64,000 nucleotides of DNA from Ptychomitrium polyphyllum (GCA_973851085.1 OZ316775.1:13826001-13890000); one strand, 5' to 3'. Numbered from the stretch's first letter, positions 48,252-62,441 are shown. The notes: a model not told the origin generated them from the letters alone. Numbers and translations: made by a program.

Positions 48252-51200
48252 TTAATGGATTTGGATGAAATAAGGATTGGAGCCAACTTGAATGACTTCT
48301 TAAGACCTTGAAATGCTTTTACCGCCTCGTTGTTCCAGGTGAATTTTTGCTTCTTCGTAAGACATGTCAATGGTGCCGCGATTTTAGAATAATCCTTGAT
48401 AAATATCTTGTAGAAGTTTGCAAATTCCAAGAAGCATTGAACATCTCAAATTAATCTTGGCGTACTCCATTCCATGAAAGTGTTCATTTTTTATTTATCC
48501 ATATGGTTTCCTCTTGTAGAAATGATGTAGCCTAAAAATTCAACCAAAGATTCATGGAAAATGCACTTTTTGAATTTGGCATATAATCCTCGTTGGCGTA
48601 GTTTTTTTAAGACCAGTTGCACATGACATTTATGGTTTTGTTTATCCTTTGAATATTACAAAATATCATCCAAGTAGATGACTATAAAATCCTCCAAGTG
48701 TTCATGGAAGATATCATTCATCATGTACTTGAAGAATACAGGGGCATTAGTAAGGCCCAAAGGCATGACGTTGTACTCAAAATGACCATACTTGGATTGA
48801 AGAGTTGTCTTCCATTGGTCTCCTTCTTTAAAACATACAAGATTGTAGGTTCCCCTATGATCAATTTTGATAAATATCTTTGCTTAGCCAAGTTGTTGGA
48901 GGAATCATGAAATTAATGGTAATGGATAGTGATTCCTTTTTGCCACTATATTGAAGCCTTGATAGTCTACACACATACATAATGATCCAACTTTTTTGTT
49001 TACAAATAAAATAGGTGCTCCAACAAGTGATTTTGAATGTTCAATGAAATCCTTTCCAAGGTTTTCATCAATATATTATTTCAGGGCAGTCAACTTGATT
49101 TGTGATAGGTTATAAATAGGTCCAAAAGATAGTTGGACTTCGTTTTGGAATTCAATGGTACAATTGTAAGGTCAATGGTTTAGTAACATGTCCGCATTCT
49201 TCTTCTCAAAAATGTCTTTATAACTTTAATATTAATGAGGTATATTTCAATTAATTTCTATTTAGAGCCAAACATTGGCGTGGCATAAATGGCATAGATT
49301 ATTTCATCCTTCATCGCTCTCATGAACACCTTAGCTTTAATAAATGATGGTCTTAGATTTCTAGTACCTTGACGTCTTTTTCTTGAAACTACACATTGTG
49401 AATACCAATGAATGTCTAGATTATGTAATTCAAATCAAAGAAGGCCTAAGACAATAGGATTTATTCGGCATTGAATGATGTTGAAGACAATCTTAGATGC
49501 TTGGTTTCCTAGAATAACCTCCAAGGATTGAGTTTCTTCAATAATGTTGCTAGATGCAAGAGATTGTCCATCAATAACTTCAATAGGTGCGGGGTATTTT
49601 TTGTTTTCAAGCATTATATGATGTTTGGTTGCAAAATCCTTAACCATGAAGCATGCCGTTGCACCAGTGTCCAAAAGAGCTTCACTAACTATTTCATCAT
49701 CTAATAATTTAATTTTGATAGAAATTAAAACCAAGAAGTAGGATTTAAAGGTAGTAAGAGACTTTGCTTTTATGGTCGTTTTCTTATAGTATTCAGTCGC
49801 ATGGTTCATTTTTCAACTCTACCATTGTGCTTTGAGCCTTAAAGACAGATTCTTTAATTTGGCAATCACGCACTTTATTTCTAGACTTGCTACAATACAA
49901 ACACAGGTTTTTTTTTTATGTTTTTTTTTTATTTCTAGGATTAAGCTTTTAAACTAAGCAACATCAATCTGCATAGGTTCTGGTCCTTCTGATCAACTAT
50001 CTGATATTCTTGAAGAAATAGTTGCCAAACCTTGATGTACTGGTTGCCATCCCAAGCGTTGTTCTTGGCGCCTCTCAAATAGTCTATTTTTACATGCTAT
50101 TGTTTGAGTGATAAATTTGTCCAATGTTTCAATATTTGGTATTGTAAGTAATAAGTCCTTCACATTCTTTCTGAGGCCCCATTGGAATCATGTGACCAAG
50201 GCCTTATTATTCCAATTAAGGTTGCAAGCTAATTATCAAAACTCTGCAGTATATGTAGGAACTGAGTGCTATCCTTGTTGTAGACTTTGGATCCTTGTTT
50301 CAACTACCTTCTTTCAGTTGGTGTTTCTAAAAATAGATGTTAATGCTTCTATGAAAGCATCTAAGTTGTTTAATAATGATAACTGCTTTTTTATTAATGG
50401 TGCAAATCACAATAATGTGTTGTTTTATAAAATAGTATTTATAAATCTCACTTGAGTTGTACCATCAGAATAGCAAGATTGATGCAAACTAAAAAAGAGC
50501 CTTACGTATTGAACAAAGCCTCTCAATTTTGATCTAGATCTATTGAACTTGTCTAGTATGCTAATCTTTGGTTTTGCATGATTTTGACGTAAGCTTTTTC
50601 TTCCAATATTGGCCTCTCACAATCAAACAACTTCTTCAGATAGACTTTGAATATCACCATTGGATTCTTCAGCTTGCCAAGTATGTTGCTCTAAATTATT
50701 GGTGGTGTTGAAGCGAACAAGTTCTATTCAAACTGTGTTTAATAACTCTTGAAAGTGTGCAATAATTACAAACATATTTTCTAATGTTCTAGGCACGTTA
50801 TCCTTTACTTAAGATTAACAAAGATAAGAAGATTATAAATACCTTCAAAAATTGATCATTTTTCAAAAAAAGATAAGAAGATTATAAATACCTACAAAGG
50901 ATCAATATCTTCAAAAGAGAGTAATCTTTGAAAGATTGATCATTCTTTAAAAAAAGTAGTACTTGGTTTTAAAAAGGAAAATCAACTTTATGGCGTCAGC
51001 TTAGAAGAGCATAATTTGCAACTTCTAAGGCACTATGGAGTTCTTAAAAAGATGGGTAATTCACAATCTTCTTCAAAGAACCTTAGCTCTGACAAAGATG
51101 AAGAGTAGTCTTGCCAAACTGTTAGGAATATAAAAAACTAGAAGCAGAAATGAAGTGTTTTCCAAGAATTAGCTTCCAAAGAGCTAATAATTAATAAGAA

Positions 51201-51630
51201 CTTCATACAAAGACTTAGAACAAGACAAGATACAAGATGATCCATAACTTTTGTTGGCAAGACTACGGAATACCTTATCTTGCCTCCTATTTATACTATG
51301 ACGCTTGTATCTCCTAGGATACTTCTAAAGAAGCTTCTTACAAGGCTTAAGAATGTTCTAAAAGTCTATGGAACCTTTCCAAGAAGTTTTCCAAGATATT
51401 GGAACCTTCCTTGGAAATTTGCTAAAATGATGGAACCTTCCAAGAAGTTTCCAAAGGTGATGGAACCTTCCTAAGAAGTTTTTTGAAGTGGTGAAACTTT
51501 CCTAGGAAGTTTCTTAAAAACGTTGAAACGGCTATGGAGACAATTGAAAGTATTTTAAGAAGCTACTATAATATACTAAAAGGTTTTAGAAGGTTCTAAA
51601 GACTATGCTGCATGATCTATGTCTGTGACA

Positions 51631-54600
51631 TCACCTCCCTGTTAAGAAAGTAGAGTTAGGGAAGTAGAACCTAATTGAAAAGTCTATTCCAAGAGAATCT
51701 CAAAATAGGTAGATTTAGAGTAATTTAGGTTCTCAAGACTTTTATTTAGCATGCTTAAATGGACCACTTCTTTAAGAACACTTTTGAGAGTTTGTCAAGA
51801 TTTGAGATTGCATTATAGGAGTTGCACTCTAGAGAAAACACAATGCTACACCATTAGGAGATGGCAACCTTAGAATTAATGTGCCGACTACAAGTATAGT
51901 CAATGAGGGCATTGACTCCATTTTGGTGAAGGTGAGTGTCGTGCACTTCTCCTTAAAAAGTGCCCGCAATACTATAGACATAAGAGGGACTCTGAAGTGA
52001 CGTTCGGGACTTGTAGTGCCAATAGTGAGGTGACTCAACTAGGCTTTGTGTAAAAAAGGACTCCAAGGGAGAAGAACATCCTTGCCTTCAAAAAATAAGA
52101 GCCACAAGAGAGAAATCATAAGTATTAAATGCTTCATAACGAGTTGATTTTAGAATGCTAAGAATCGCTCAAAAGGGAATAGGGAGCTAGAAGATATGGA
52201 ATTCCAAAGTTGCGGCTGCCTAGGGGCTATTTTAGAGTGTGACTCTCTTGGACTATGATTGTGTTGGACAAGGACAGTGCAAGGAGGGACTCCTTGAGAG
52301 TTTCAAACCTTTGGAGAGGCATATCTCCTTGAATATTAACTCAAATTGGACGTTTGAGGAGTCTACCAGCATTTTTACAAAGAATAATGACAATAAAAGA
52401 ATTCCTTGATAGATTCAGAGACTAAATGTGGAAGACATAGGATCCTGAAGTTCTGCAAGAAGTTTTGGAGGCTTCCAACGGCTAAGTCTCAAAGAAAATC
52501 AAATAGTCTTCCAAAGTTTTGAATGTATTAGAATTCAGCCAGCTACAAAATGCCAAGGGATCTGCCAAATCCCATAGATTATTATAAGGAGGGTTGGTCT
52601 CCCTCTTTACTCCCGTAGTGTCCTTGTAGTAATCAAAGAATAATCTCAATAGTTGGAGTTAGTGTTGGGACTTCACCACGGAAACTTCCACACTATTGTG
52701 AGCTGATGGATGGCCGGTTTGACAAAGGAAATTAGTAAGTTGTCAAGTGTATGCGAGGTATTACTATTTTGGGGTTGTATCTTCATACTAGCACCATGGT
52801 GGCCCCGAATGATCATGGGGTCATATGGAGATCATGAGTGGTGATTAAGAAACACCACTAAGTACAGTTAGGCCTTATAAAATGGAAATAATAGCAAGTG
52901 AGGCCTTGAATATGAATGGAAGTCCGCACCTAACTGTTGGCTATCAACCAATTGAATGTCACAAAAGAAATGAGTAGGAAGAATTGGAAACCAATCATGG
53001 GGTTTGGAAAGTGAAAATGAAGGTTTTCCATGTGCATGTAGAGGTGTACAAGGTTGGCATATGTGACGTTGTTGTAGTAAAAGTGGTTGCTATAGTAAAT
53101 GTCTTTTTGCATCTAAGTAATTAAGTACAAGTTTTTTTTTTAATAATAGAAACTACAACTTCCAATTACTTATTAGCTATTTCTACATCTTCAATTTTTA
53201 TTTCCAAACTCTTTTTTTCTCCATCTTAAAAATAACCCAAGTCATTATCAACAATTCTACTTCTTCTTTTTATTAAATCCAAATTACATATTCTTCTATA
53301 TCTTCAAGCTCAAAGGTCCTATGCTCTTAAGATTTTAATGACATAAACACAAGACTCTCTACGTACAACCTTCAAAATCTCTTATTAACAATCCAAGTCG
53401 TTGTTAAGAACCATATTTACAAAAGTTTCACTCTTATTGCTATAGCTCCTAGGTCCCCCTTTTATTTTATAGTTCTATAACTTCTTTTTTATAATAAATC
53501 TAGACTTCAAACATTATTCACATACTATGTATCTTATAATAAATTTTTCATTAAAATTTCAATATTGAAAGCCCTTCCAATCATTTCCAATGGTTCAAAT
53601 CATGTAGTTCCAAACTCTACTGTATACAGCCCTCAAATTTCAATTGCATTTTTCCTTATATTTCCAACTATAAAAATTCATTATTCTTAAAATTTCTATA
53701 CCATTATTTTTAAGTAGTCAGGCTTTTTTCCTACAAATTTCAATATCAAAAATCATTTTTACAAAAAGTTACAAACTCAAGGTATTGACTAAACTTTATT
53801 CAAACTAATACCATTGCCACATATTAATTTTAAAAGGAGCTTGTGATGGCTTTCTAAAAAATTTATAAGAGAAGAAAAAAAATCCAATAAAAATCAATTC
53901 AAATAAAGAAGTATACAATAAAATATTATCAAGAGGAGGGTTGCCTACTTATTCAAGCGGGAAAGGCCAAGATAGAAGAAAAAAAAATGGTCAAACTGCC
54001 ACATCCGCCCCTTATCACTTCACATTAGCTCCTATTCCCCTTCCTCAAGTCCTTATCTAACCATATTTTCAAATAAAAAACAACCCAAATTCTTTTCCTT
54101 TGCTTTTCTTTCTTTTCTTTCTTCTAGGTTCAAACTATAAAAGTGTACAAAGTCAACTCTCACAAATCTAAAATAGGAACTAAAAAACTGAAATAAAGGA
54201 AAGAAAGTAGAAAAAAGATTGAAATGTAACAAGAAACGAGTTAAGAATAATATCATAGTCGAGGTAAGATCAAATACCAAGTTATGAATTTGGTTGACTG
54301 AATAAGTTCTAGCTGCTGAATTGATCCAAGTTCAATTCTTGTCAAATTCGTTGAATAGAACGGCAATACTTGACTTGGTACTGCTAGTAAGAATGGCAGG
54401 CAGGAAAATACTATGGTCAACCAGCCTATTTCACCCTGAGCTAAGACAAAATGCAGTTCCATCTCCAAGACAAATAAAATTGTGGTTTCACCACAACCTT
54501 TTTTTAACCAATCATTTCTTTTTTTCAATATTCTTTTCCAAATACAATAATTTAAATTCTACAAAATCACAATTACTAGTTAAATTTTAAACTATACAGC

Positions 54601-54650
54601 CAAATACATCACAACAACCTTTGTGAAGGTGCATTGCAAGGGTTGCAATA
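51631..54650 (+). mobile_element. Remainder of the old family-A element: 3' internal region plus degenerate 3' LTR (51937-53069, completed at 54621-54650)
   Basis: 51640-51936 is colinear with 47430-47723. The LTR starts tgtcgtgcac at 51937. Its terminal ~30 bp (ttgtgaaggtgcattgcaagggttgcaata) is displaced to 54621-54650. Confidence 0.85.
53070..54616. mobile_element. AT-rich 1.55-kb insertion with TG...CA ends (probable solo LTR, family D) inside the family-A LTR end
   Basis: Begins TGTTGT and ends ACAACA (6-bp inverted termini). Flanks acgt/acct fit a 4-bp TSD with one mismatch. Removing it restores the family-A LTR terminus. Confidence 0.7.
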
Positions 54651-55129
54651 CAAACCAAGAAGAATATAACAATTCGAATTTTAATTACACTCAATCTATC
54701 TAATAATTAAGTGTATGGATCATTAAGAAATTTTCCTTCTCCTTCTGATACTATTTTAGATATTCTTAATAAATGAATAAAATGTTCAATAGAGATTGTA
54801 GTTTAAAGGTTAAACTAAAAACAGTCATTTAAAGTTCTAATTTATGTTGTAAGTGATCAAATGACGTATTTGGTATTTGAAGTTTTTACAAATCAAGGTA
54901 AGATTACAAAAAATGAATAGATGTAAACAGATATGGATAAAGAAAAGGGCGCGTGCGGAAGAAAAGTAAGAAGAGAAGGAAAGGTGGAATGAAATCAAAA
55001 GGAAAAGAAGTGAAAAAACTGAAGCAAACGAAGAGCTAAGGAAAGAATCACCGGGACGATGCACGACTCTACCTCGGAAAGATGCGGTGAGTTGGAAAGA
55101 AAAGGAGAGCGGGGGCAAAGGTGCGCAAC

Positions 55130-55975
55130 TTTAGGGTTCTGGGGGGATGGTAGTGGGAGACGAGGGGCGAGGGGTGTAGAACTGGAGCAGGGCAATGGAG
55201 ACGATCCTTTTTTCAGCTGCGACGCCAGCCTCCACACTGCTGTAGCTTCTCGCAACTGCGACGCGCCACTCCGTCACCATGAAGGAAAGCGATGCCCAGA
55301 TGATGCTCGCCGCCGATGTGCACCTTGGCACCAAGAACTGTGACTTCCAGATGGAGCGCTACGTCTGGAAGCGTCGCAACGACGGTATACGCACTAATTA
55401 GGGTTTCGGGTTTTCGTTAGGATAACTGATTGGCTGTCTCCTTGGTTGTGATTTTTCCATGATTTTGTAGCGCTTCGGGTGTCTTGGGGTGATAAACTGG
55501 TCGGTCTGGTTATCGACAGGCATCTTCATCATCAACGTAGGGAAGACCTACGAGAAGCTTGAGTTGGCCGCGAGGGTGATTGCTGCTATTGAGAATCCTC
55601 AGGATATTATTGTGCAGTCCGCCAGGCCGTACGGGCAGCGTGCTGTGTTAAAATTCGCGCAGTACACGGGATGCCAGGCTATCGCCGGAAGGCACACTCC
55701 TGGTACCTTTACGAATCAGCTGCAGAATACGTTCTGCGAGCCTCGCCTTTTGATCTTGACTGACCCCCGAACTGATCACCAGGTCAGATTTTTGTAGCTT
55801 GTGATGCTTGGTTCGAAAGGAGTGTGGTGTTCTTTTAGGGTTTTCTGGGTTGTTAGTAGGGCGGGATGAAGGAGCGCAGTTTTGGTGACTGGAGTTGATT
55901 TTGTAATTTGGGTAGGAATTAGAGGGTAGAGATGTTGTGGGAGTGTGTTGGGGGCTGTGGATTTAGGGTTTTAGG
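55130..55975 (+). promoter_or_regulatory. Telo-boxes (TAGGGTTT) and a pyrimidine-rich start region of RPSA
   Basis: tagggttt at ~55399, ~55836 and ~55964, tagggttc at ~55132, and ccttttttc at ~55206. Telo-boxes are typical of plant ribosomal protein genes. Confidence 0.6.
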
Positions 55976-56762
55976 TTACGAATATGGAATGGTGGATAGG
56001 GCTATCTGGGTTTTTCCTGACCATGGATGTTTGTTTCCACAGCCTATCATGGAGGCAGCGTTGGGAAACATCCCTGTGATTGCGTTCTGTGACACAGACT
56101 CTCCAATGCGATACGTGGACATTGCTATCCCCGCCAACAACAAGGGCAAGCACAGCATAGGTGCCCTTTTCTGGTTGCTGGCCCGCATGGTTTTGCAGAT
56201 GCGAGGCACAATTTCTGCTGCCCACCCATGGGACGTGATGGTGAGAACTCTTGCCGGTCGATGCTAAACATGCAAATTAGTGCAGGAATACTATTTCTTC
56301 ATGCAATGTGAAGTCGAAGAGATGACACAGCCGAACTGAAACTGTTCAGAGTGAGCCTTAATTAAAGCAGAGTGAGCGATGACTTATGGCGATTGTGGAC
56401 GCTGATGTTTGGTGTTGATTGCGCGTGTTGTGCAGGTGGACTTGTTCTTTTACAGAGAGCCTGAAGAAACCAAGGACCGTGATGATGAGGAAGCAGCCGC
56501 TCCTGAATTTGCTGCTGTGGAATACGCCGCTCCCGCCCTTGGTCTGGGAGGTGATACAGAGTGGGGTCCCGAGGCTGCTCAAGCTGGTCAATGGGAAGGC
56601 GCTGCTGCTGCAGTGCCTGCAGGTGCTCCAGCTGCAGAATGGACTGCACCACCTGTTGCTGCTCCTGTTGCAGGCTGGGATGTCGGTACCCCTGCTCCCG
56701 CAGGTTGGGATACTGCTGCCGCTCCTGCTGCACCCGCTGGCTGGGAACCCGCTGCTCTGTAA
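55279..56762 (+). CDS. RPSA: 40S ribosomal protein SA (uS2 / p40), 297 aa, 4 exons
   Basis: Exons 55279-55384, 55520-55782, 56043-56240, 56436-56762. [36 protein letters not shown]...[12 protein letters not shown]...[15 protein letters not shown]...[12 protein letters not shown]...[11 protein letters not shown], with an Ala/Trp-rich tail. Confidence 0.98.
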
Positions 56763-59700
56763 AAGAGAGGTTTATAGAGGGAAGATAGCCTGATGGGAAT
56801 GGCTATTATGTTTATCCATGCACTCTAAATTCAAAGTTTGGAAATCAAGAATTGCTGTCTTCAAATACGCTGAGAATAGTGGTCTTTTTTCATTTCCAAC
56901 TTCTTCGTATTTGGGTTGATGAGTTCGTCTGTAGTTTAGTGTTTTGGATTTGTGATACCCACCTAAATTGGTGGCACATCCAATATGTCATCCATAGTTT
57001 GTGCTTGAAAAGACAACCGTCACATGCATCGCATGACCACCATACCAATGCTTCGGTTGTCTGCAGCTTGAGAGATAGATGTACCAGATAGTGACCCTGG
57101 TGATATATCGGGTGACTTGTGCAAACTTCGTATGAGTTTCATTTTCTTTTTTTCATAGTGCCAGGTAACAACCGTACAGTGTCCAACGCGCACGAATGCT
57201 TGTCTAGCATTGGATACTCATTGATTGTGAGTGTGAAGTGTAACTTAGATTGGGCACACAATTGGCAGGTGTTATGGGTTTACAATTCTCTTTCATACCC
57301 TTCAAATCTGAACTCTTCTTACCTGTGCATCACTTCGTGAGTTACCAAAATCTGCTCATTTTGAGGAAAGTTTCTCAGGCATATCATCCCATAGCAATAG
57401 AATGAATCAGAGTCTTGGGCAAGAGTGTCTCATTTGCTCTGTTCATGAAGAAAGGAAATGCAATGAAGTTTTCTTGAAGAGTTGTAGTTCTACTCATTTT
57501 ACGTTTTACTCACCAAACAATCCGAAACGTATCAGAAACTTAGCGATTATATCTAGGGATGGAACTTGATAATGTTTTTGGTTACACTTTTGATTTACAC
57601 ATTGAATCTAATTATGCGACTTTTGGAGAATGCATGTACTCCCTTGACTCATTTGAAAATTTTGGAATATGAGAAATTACAGACTGCACATGTGCACATT
57701 GATATGTTGGTAATATTTATAAAGATCTAAAAACTAAATGAATATAAACTAGTAGAAATCATATTAAAATTTTGATAATTGTATACTTGTTTAAAAAATA
57801 AAATGACAAAAAATTCAATGTTTAAAGATTACAAAAGTCAAAGTTATTTCAAGTTTACTTTTGACAAAATAATATCATCTTTTTTATAGTACGTATTTTA
57901 TTTTATCATAAATTTCCATTTCAAACATATACAATAATAAATAATCAACTCCATAAATTTTTATGTACATAGTTTAATAGCCAAATTGTACAAAAGCTTT
58001 ATAGGATTGTAATGTTGTTGGAAGGGTGTCAATAACAATTTATTTTATTTTATATTGTTGCTAAACTTAAGATGTCTCCATCTAAGATTATAACAATATT
58101 TCTACCTTAGCAATCACCTTTGTTAATACAAAACTAAAAAAGTTAGATGATTTTATTTGATGTTAATATAATTTTTTTTTAAAGATTTAAATTATTACCT
58201 TGTGATGATTAATATTTTCTAATCTTTGTATGGATCCATTTCATCATTTTTAATGTATCCAACATGTGAAAATTTGTAATTTTAGATTCTTCTTGGTTAA
58301 AATATATTTTTAAGGATTAAAATAAAATACATTATTATATTGAACTTTAGGAACAAATTTAATTATATCAATATAAAGGCCAAATTCCTAGCTTTACAGC
58401 CCTAATAAAATGTGGTACAATTTTTTTAATAAGTTGTATTATGTTTAAATTATTTTATTGAGCTAATGTCTTAAAAGGCTTATAATTGGCATTAGGTAGT
58501 GTTTTAGTTTTATTTAAATATTTTTTTGAAAAATATAAATTACTTTAATTAGAATTAACAACTCTTTTCATATATATTAATGTGCCTTGCAACATGGTTT
58601 CATCAATTCTAAATTTTTTAGTGAATTTTGGACTGCTAACTTGAAAAAATGACACCTCATTCTAAACCTAGCAAGCATATAACTTTGAGAAATTAATGAA
58701 TAACAAATATATTCATAATTTGAAGCCATAATTTCATTGAAATGAAATGCTTTTCTATAAATTTAATAGTCAAGATTTTATATAAACCTTAATATTATGT
58801 CGTTGACACTATCATAATGGCCTATTTTTTAATACAAATCTAAAAAATAAATAAAAAAATTCAATCATTTTCAATTTGCAAAATTTTATCAAAAGAATAG
58901 AAGCAAAAATATTTTTTTACTAAAAAAACTAAATTTTCTTTGGCCTCAAGATTATGGAAATCCTTTGAATAAAATATTATTTTAAAAACAAAAATAAAAA
59001 TAAAACTTAGGTGTAAAAACCACTTAAAGAATCAAGGAATTTCAATTTTAAAACTTCAAAGATTGATATTTCAACTAAAAGTCCCTGAAAACTCATGATT
59101 TGTTTCTCCACATGATTCTATTGTATTTTTTTCAATAAAGAGTTTAATTCATTGTAAATAACAAATTATGTGTTGATGGTTGTTTGGATTAAAGGGTAAA
59201 AGCTAAGGCTTTCATTTTCTAGTAAAAACAGGTAAACTTACAGTTAAGAATTCATCAAAATTCATTGATTGCATACTAGTACATCTTATGCATTTCAAAT
59301 TTAGCTAAAAGCCATAATTTTATCAATTTGTATTGGCATTTCTTTTGGAAACTCAGGAGGTGTATCCTTATCAACTTCAAGAGCAAAATCAAATTTCTCT
59401 TAAGGATTGGAAAAAAGGGATGTACATGTACATCTAGGTCTTGAAGAATAGCTAACTTTCTAAGGTAAATCTGTGAAATCTAAATCACATCACATTCACT
59501 TAGTAACTTGTATTGCTCTTTCATGTGGGATTGAGGTATGGGGTGCTTATCCCTTGCAATATCCAATTCTGTGAGTTACAAAACAATACCAAAATTGTTG
59601 GCAGGTTCTTCAAGCACCAAAATACATTAAATGTGTGCATGTGAATCTCATTCACTGGTTTAAGACTCGTCCAATATAATATCAGCAAACTTAGTAAACT

Positions 59701-62441
59701 CTCTACATGCAATTTAGCAATCTTCCTCAACTTGATTTCAAGAAATAATCTATGCACATAAATGAAAGTCTTAATGCTTGCAAATTTGATATGGAGTATT
59801 TTGTACAAAAATCATTTTAAATTATATTTATATGTGATTTTGCTACTGAGAAATAAAGTCGATCAGGTCCATATTATTCACTTTGAAATTACACCTTGTA
59901 TGCAAATCAACAAAATCACACGGTTGTAGCACCCGTACCTCATGCTGTCTGCATACTTCCATTGTCCATCAACCACTTGGGCTCTGCATCTCGTGAAAGG
60001 ACAAAATTTGACAAAGAGCTACATTATTCAGCCCACTGATTCAGGTGACTAGTACATTTGCACCCTGGTTCAAGCACAGCCTTAGAGTGACTAACAAAGT
60101 GACTCCTTCGTGTAAAGTGCATGTGATACAAATGCTGCGAAATCATCAGAAACAGCGGGTAATTTCCTCACGACATTCTCGTCCCTACGAATAGTAAGCG
60201 ACAAGTGGACTCACTGCAGTGACAAGTCTATTACAGTTCAGCTCTGTACACCGCCATCAGTGCTGGAAAGCTCCTCAATATATAGCCCCTCATTTTGATC
60301 ATGTCACAACAGAAAGGAAACTCGCAAAGATTTTCAGAGGCTGAGGGTGCACCTCATTCTCTTTTCTCTACCAGCTCAAACTTGAAAGCCAGACTTCCTG
60401 GCGAATTTTGACTGCCATAGTTTTTAGTTTTCAGATGCAATGGCTTTCCTAAGGCCAGTGGGGTGCTGCACGAGAGCATTTTTATCAATTCTTGAAACTG
60501 GAACGTGCACTAGCAGCACTAAGTGAAACTGCAAAAGCTGATGCACATTCTCAGCATGATATGTAATGACGTAGCAGGAATATTCTGATTAATAAGAGAA
60601 CAAGAAGAATATTTGAGATCCGGGCATTCCTTTATGCAAGTACGAATGGTTACCCTTATTTCTCCTTCATAACATGCTTTCATGACCCCTCTGAACACTC
60701 TCTGTAAAAATTAAAAATTAAAACAGTTGTATCATCTGATATATTTATAATGTTAAAACCTACTTCTAATATTGAGGTAGTTTGTTTCCCAAGTCATGAA
60801 GTTAGACTTATGTCTTCATATATTCATTGCTATATGCACTTACTATCATTTGTTGCTCATTTTCACTTTTTTTTATTCCTCAAAAAAAAAAATCTAAAAA
60901 TACCATTACATCTTCAAAAGGTATAATTTTTTTGTAAAAAAAGTGTTGTATTATACTTGTCATCAAATTAGATCCATGTATTCATGCACTCATTATTATT
61001 TGTATGTTTACCATCATTTATTAATGATTTTCTATTTTTCAAAGGAAAGGTGAATTACTTCAATTGCCATAACATTCTTTAGCCAAATGAACAAAGACCA
61101 CTTCTAAGAAACAGGGGAGCATTGTTGGATGCATCATGGTGCAACCGTGCAAGAGTCATTCAGCTAAAAGAATGTTATGGTCATCTAGTTAAAGAATATT
61201 ACAGGAAATGCATATGCACATTCTGAAGAATCATAAAATCAGAAAACCAAAAAAACCAAAAAAAACTAAACATCACAAAACCATAAATATAAACCATCAG
61301 AAATTCCTTACCACCCCACGGCTAAATAGCCAACATTCAATGCGCACGTGGCTGCTTCGATTGACATCTACGTGGTAACTTACCTTGTGACGGAGCCTTC
61401 AAACGAACCTCGTGGTCAAAATCTAGGACCATTTCCAGCCAGTGAAATGCGGAATAGTGAAGGGTCCTCAAACTGCCTTGCTGACCAGTAACAACGAGAA
61501 TGCCATCATGCCTGTCTGCTTTTGACATATTTTCTGGTGCACACTGCAAAACTCACGTGTGACAAAGACGGCAGGCGGCAATGTCGCGTTGCCCGTCATT
61601 CGCTGCCCGCTCTCCGTCGTTTGTCTCGCCACCATCTAGCTTGTTACCAGAATTCGCTCGCAGTGCCAAGATTCAGAATTGTAGAAGTCTAGGCAGCATT
61701 AACATTCTAGGAGGATCCTCCAGCCCCTTCAAGTCACAGCCGCCACTTGGAACCTGTTGAATCTGGCTTCAGTGACATTCCAACCATCGCCATTCAAGCT
61801 CCGCCTCTCATGATGCTTTTGCTTCTCAAGCAAGTCTAGAAGTTCTTATATAGTTCTTGTCCTACTCCTCACTTTCACTTACAACGTCAAATATCGGGTC
61901 CATCGCCATCAGCATTTAAATCTTGAGCAACTGTGATAAGAGAATCCGAGGTTGTGCTTCAACTGCAGGCAATATTGAGTAGGTCGTACAGGGCACTTAC
62001 AGTGTGACCAGGTTTCGTGTTCAGAAAGAAAGCTGACCAAGGTTTCGAACTGCGCCCTTGTGTTTTGAAGAAAGGCAAAGCTGAACAGAGACGATATGTT
62101 TGACAACTTGCTTCCTCAGGATATTGACGTTCGGATTTATTGATTTACTTGTCGTTATAGTTGGCTTGAGAACATAATCTGAATGTACTCACTTGCGTCG
62201 AGGAAACTTATGGACGGTATTGAGTGGATTTTGAGCTGCTACAGCTGCATCACCAGGATCTTGTGATAGTCTAGTCTAGTTTGTACTCCAGCAAGAGTAG
62301 ATTTGTGAAATAATTTGAGCGGGGATCTGTTGAAGGTCGTCGTAAATACTATTTAGTTGAAGTTCAACAAATCTTGCTGGACACAAGTATTTGTCTTCAC
62401 AGGAGTAGCTTCGGAGTCGACCTTAAGCAGCTCACCAGAGA

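Larger units (their letters stand above)
38310..51630 (-). mobile_element. Degenerate full-length Ty3/gypsy chromovirus, family B (gag-PR-RT-RH-INT-chromodomain), interrupted by nested elements
   Basis: LTRs at 51120-51630 (5') and 38310-38820 (3'), with a polypurine tract (PPT) agggaggtaa just before the 3' LTR on the minus strand. Gag GPEPMQID and CLYC knuckle (~49985-49860); protease LLDTGATACF (49435-49809); RT IVIYLDDI (~48690-48662); RNase H LAADASYFALG (~41815); integrase (40500-41200, HHPQTDGQIE); chromodomain EYEVKEILD...YFIHWQGY (39990-40090). Many stops and frameshifts. Confidence 0.9.

Noticed and set aside
57550..59850. Very AT-rich tract, possibly a TE relic or organellar insertion
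   Set aside because: No termini, TSD or readable protein motif, so it cannot be classified.
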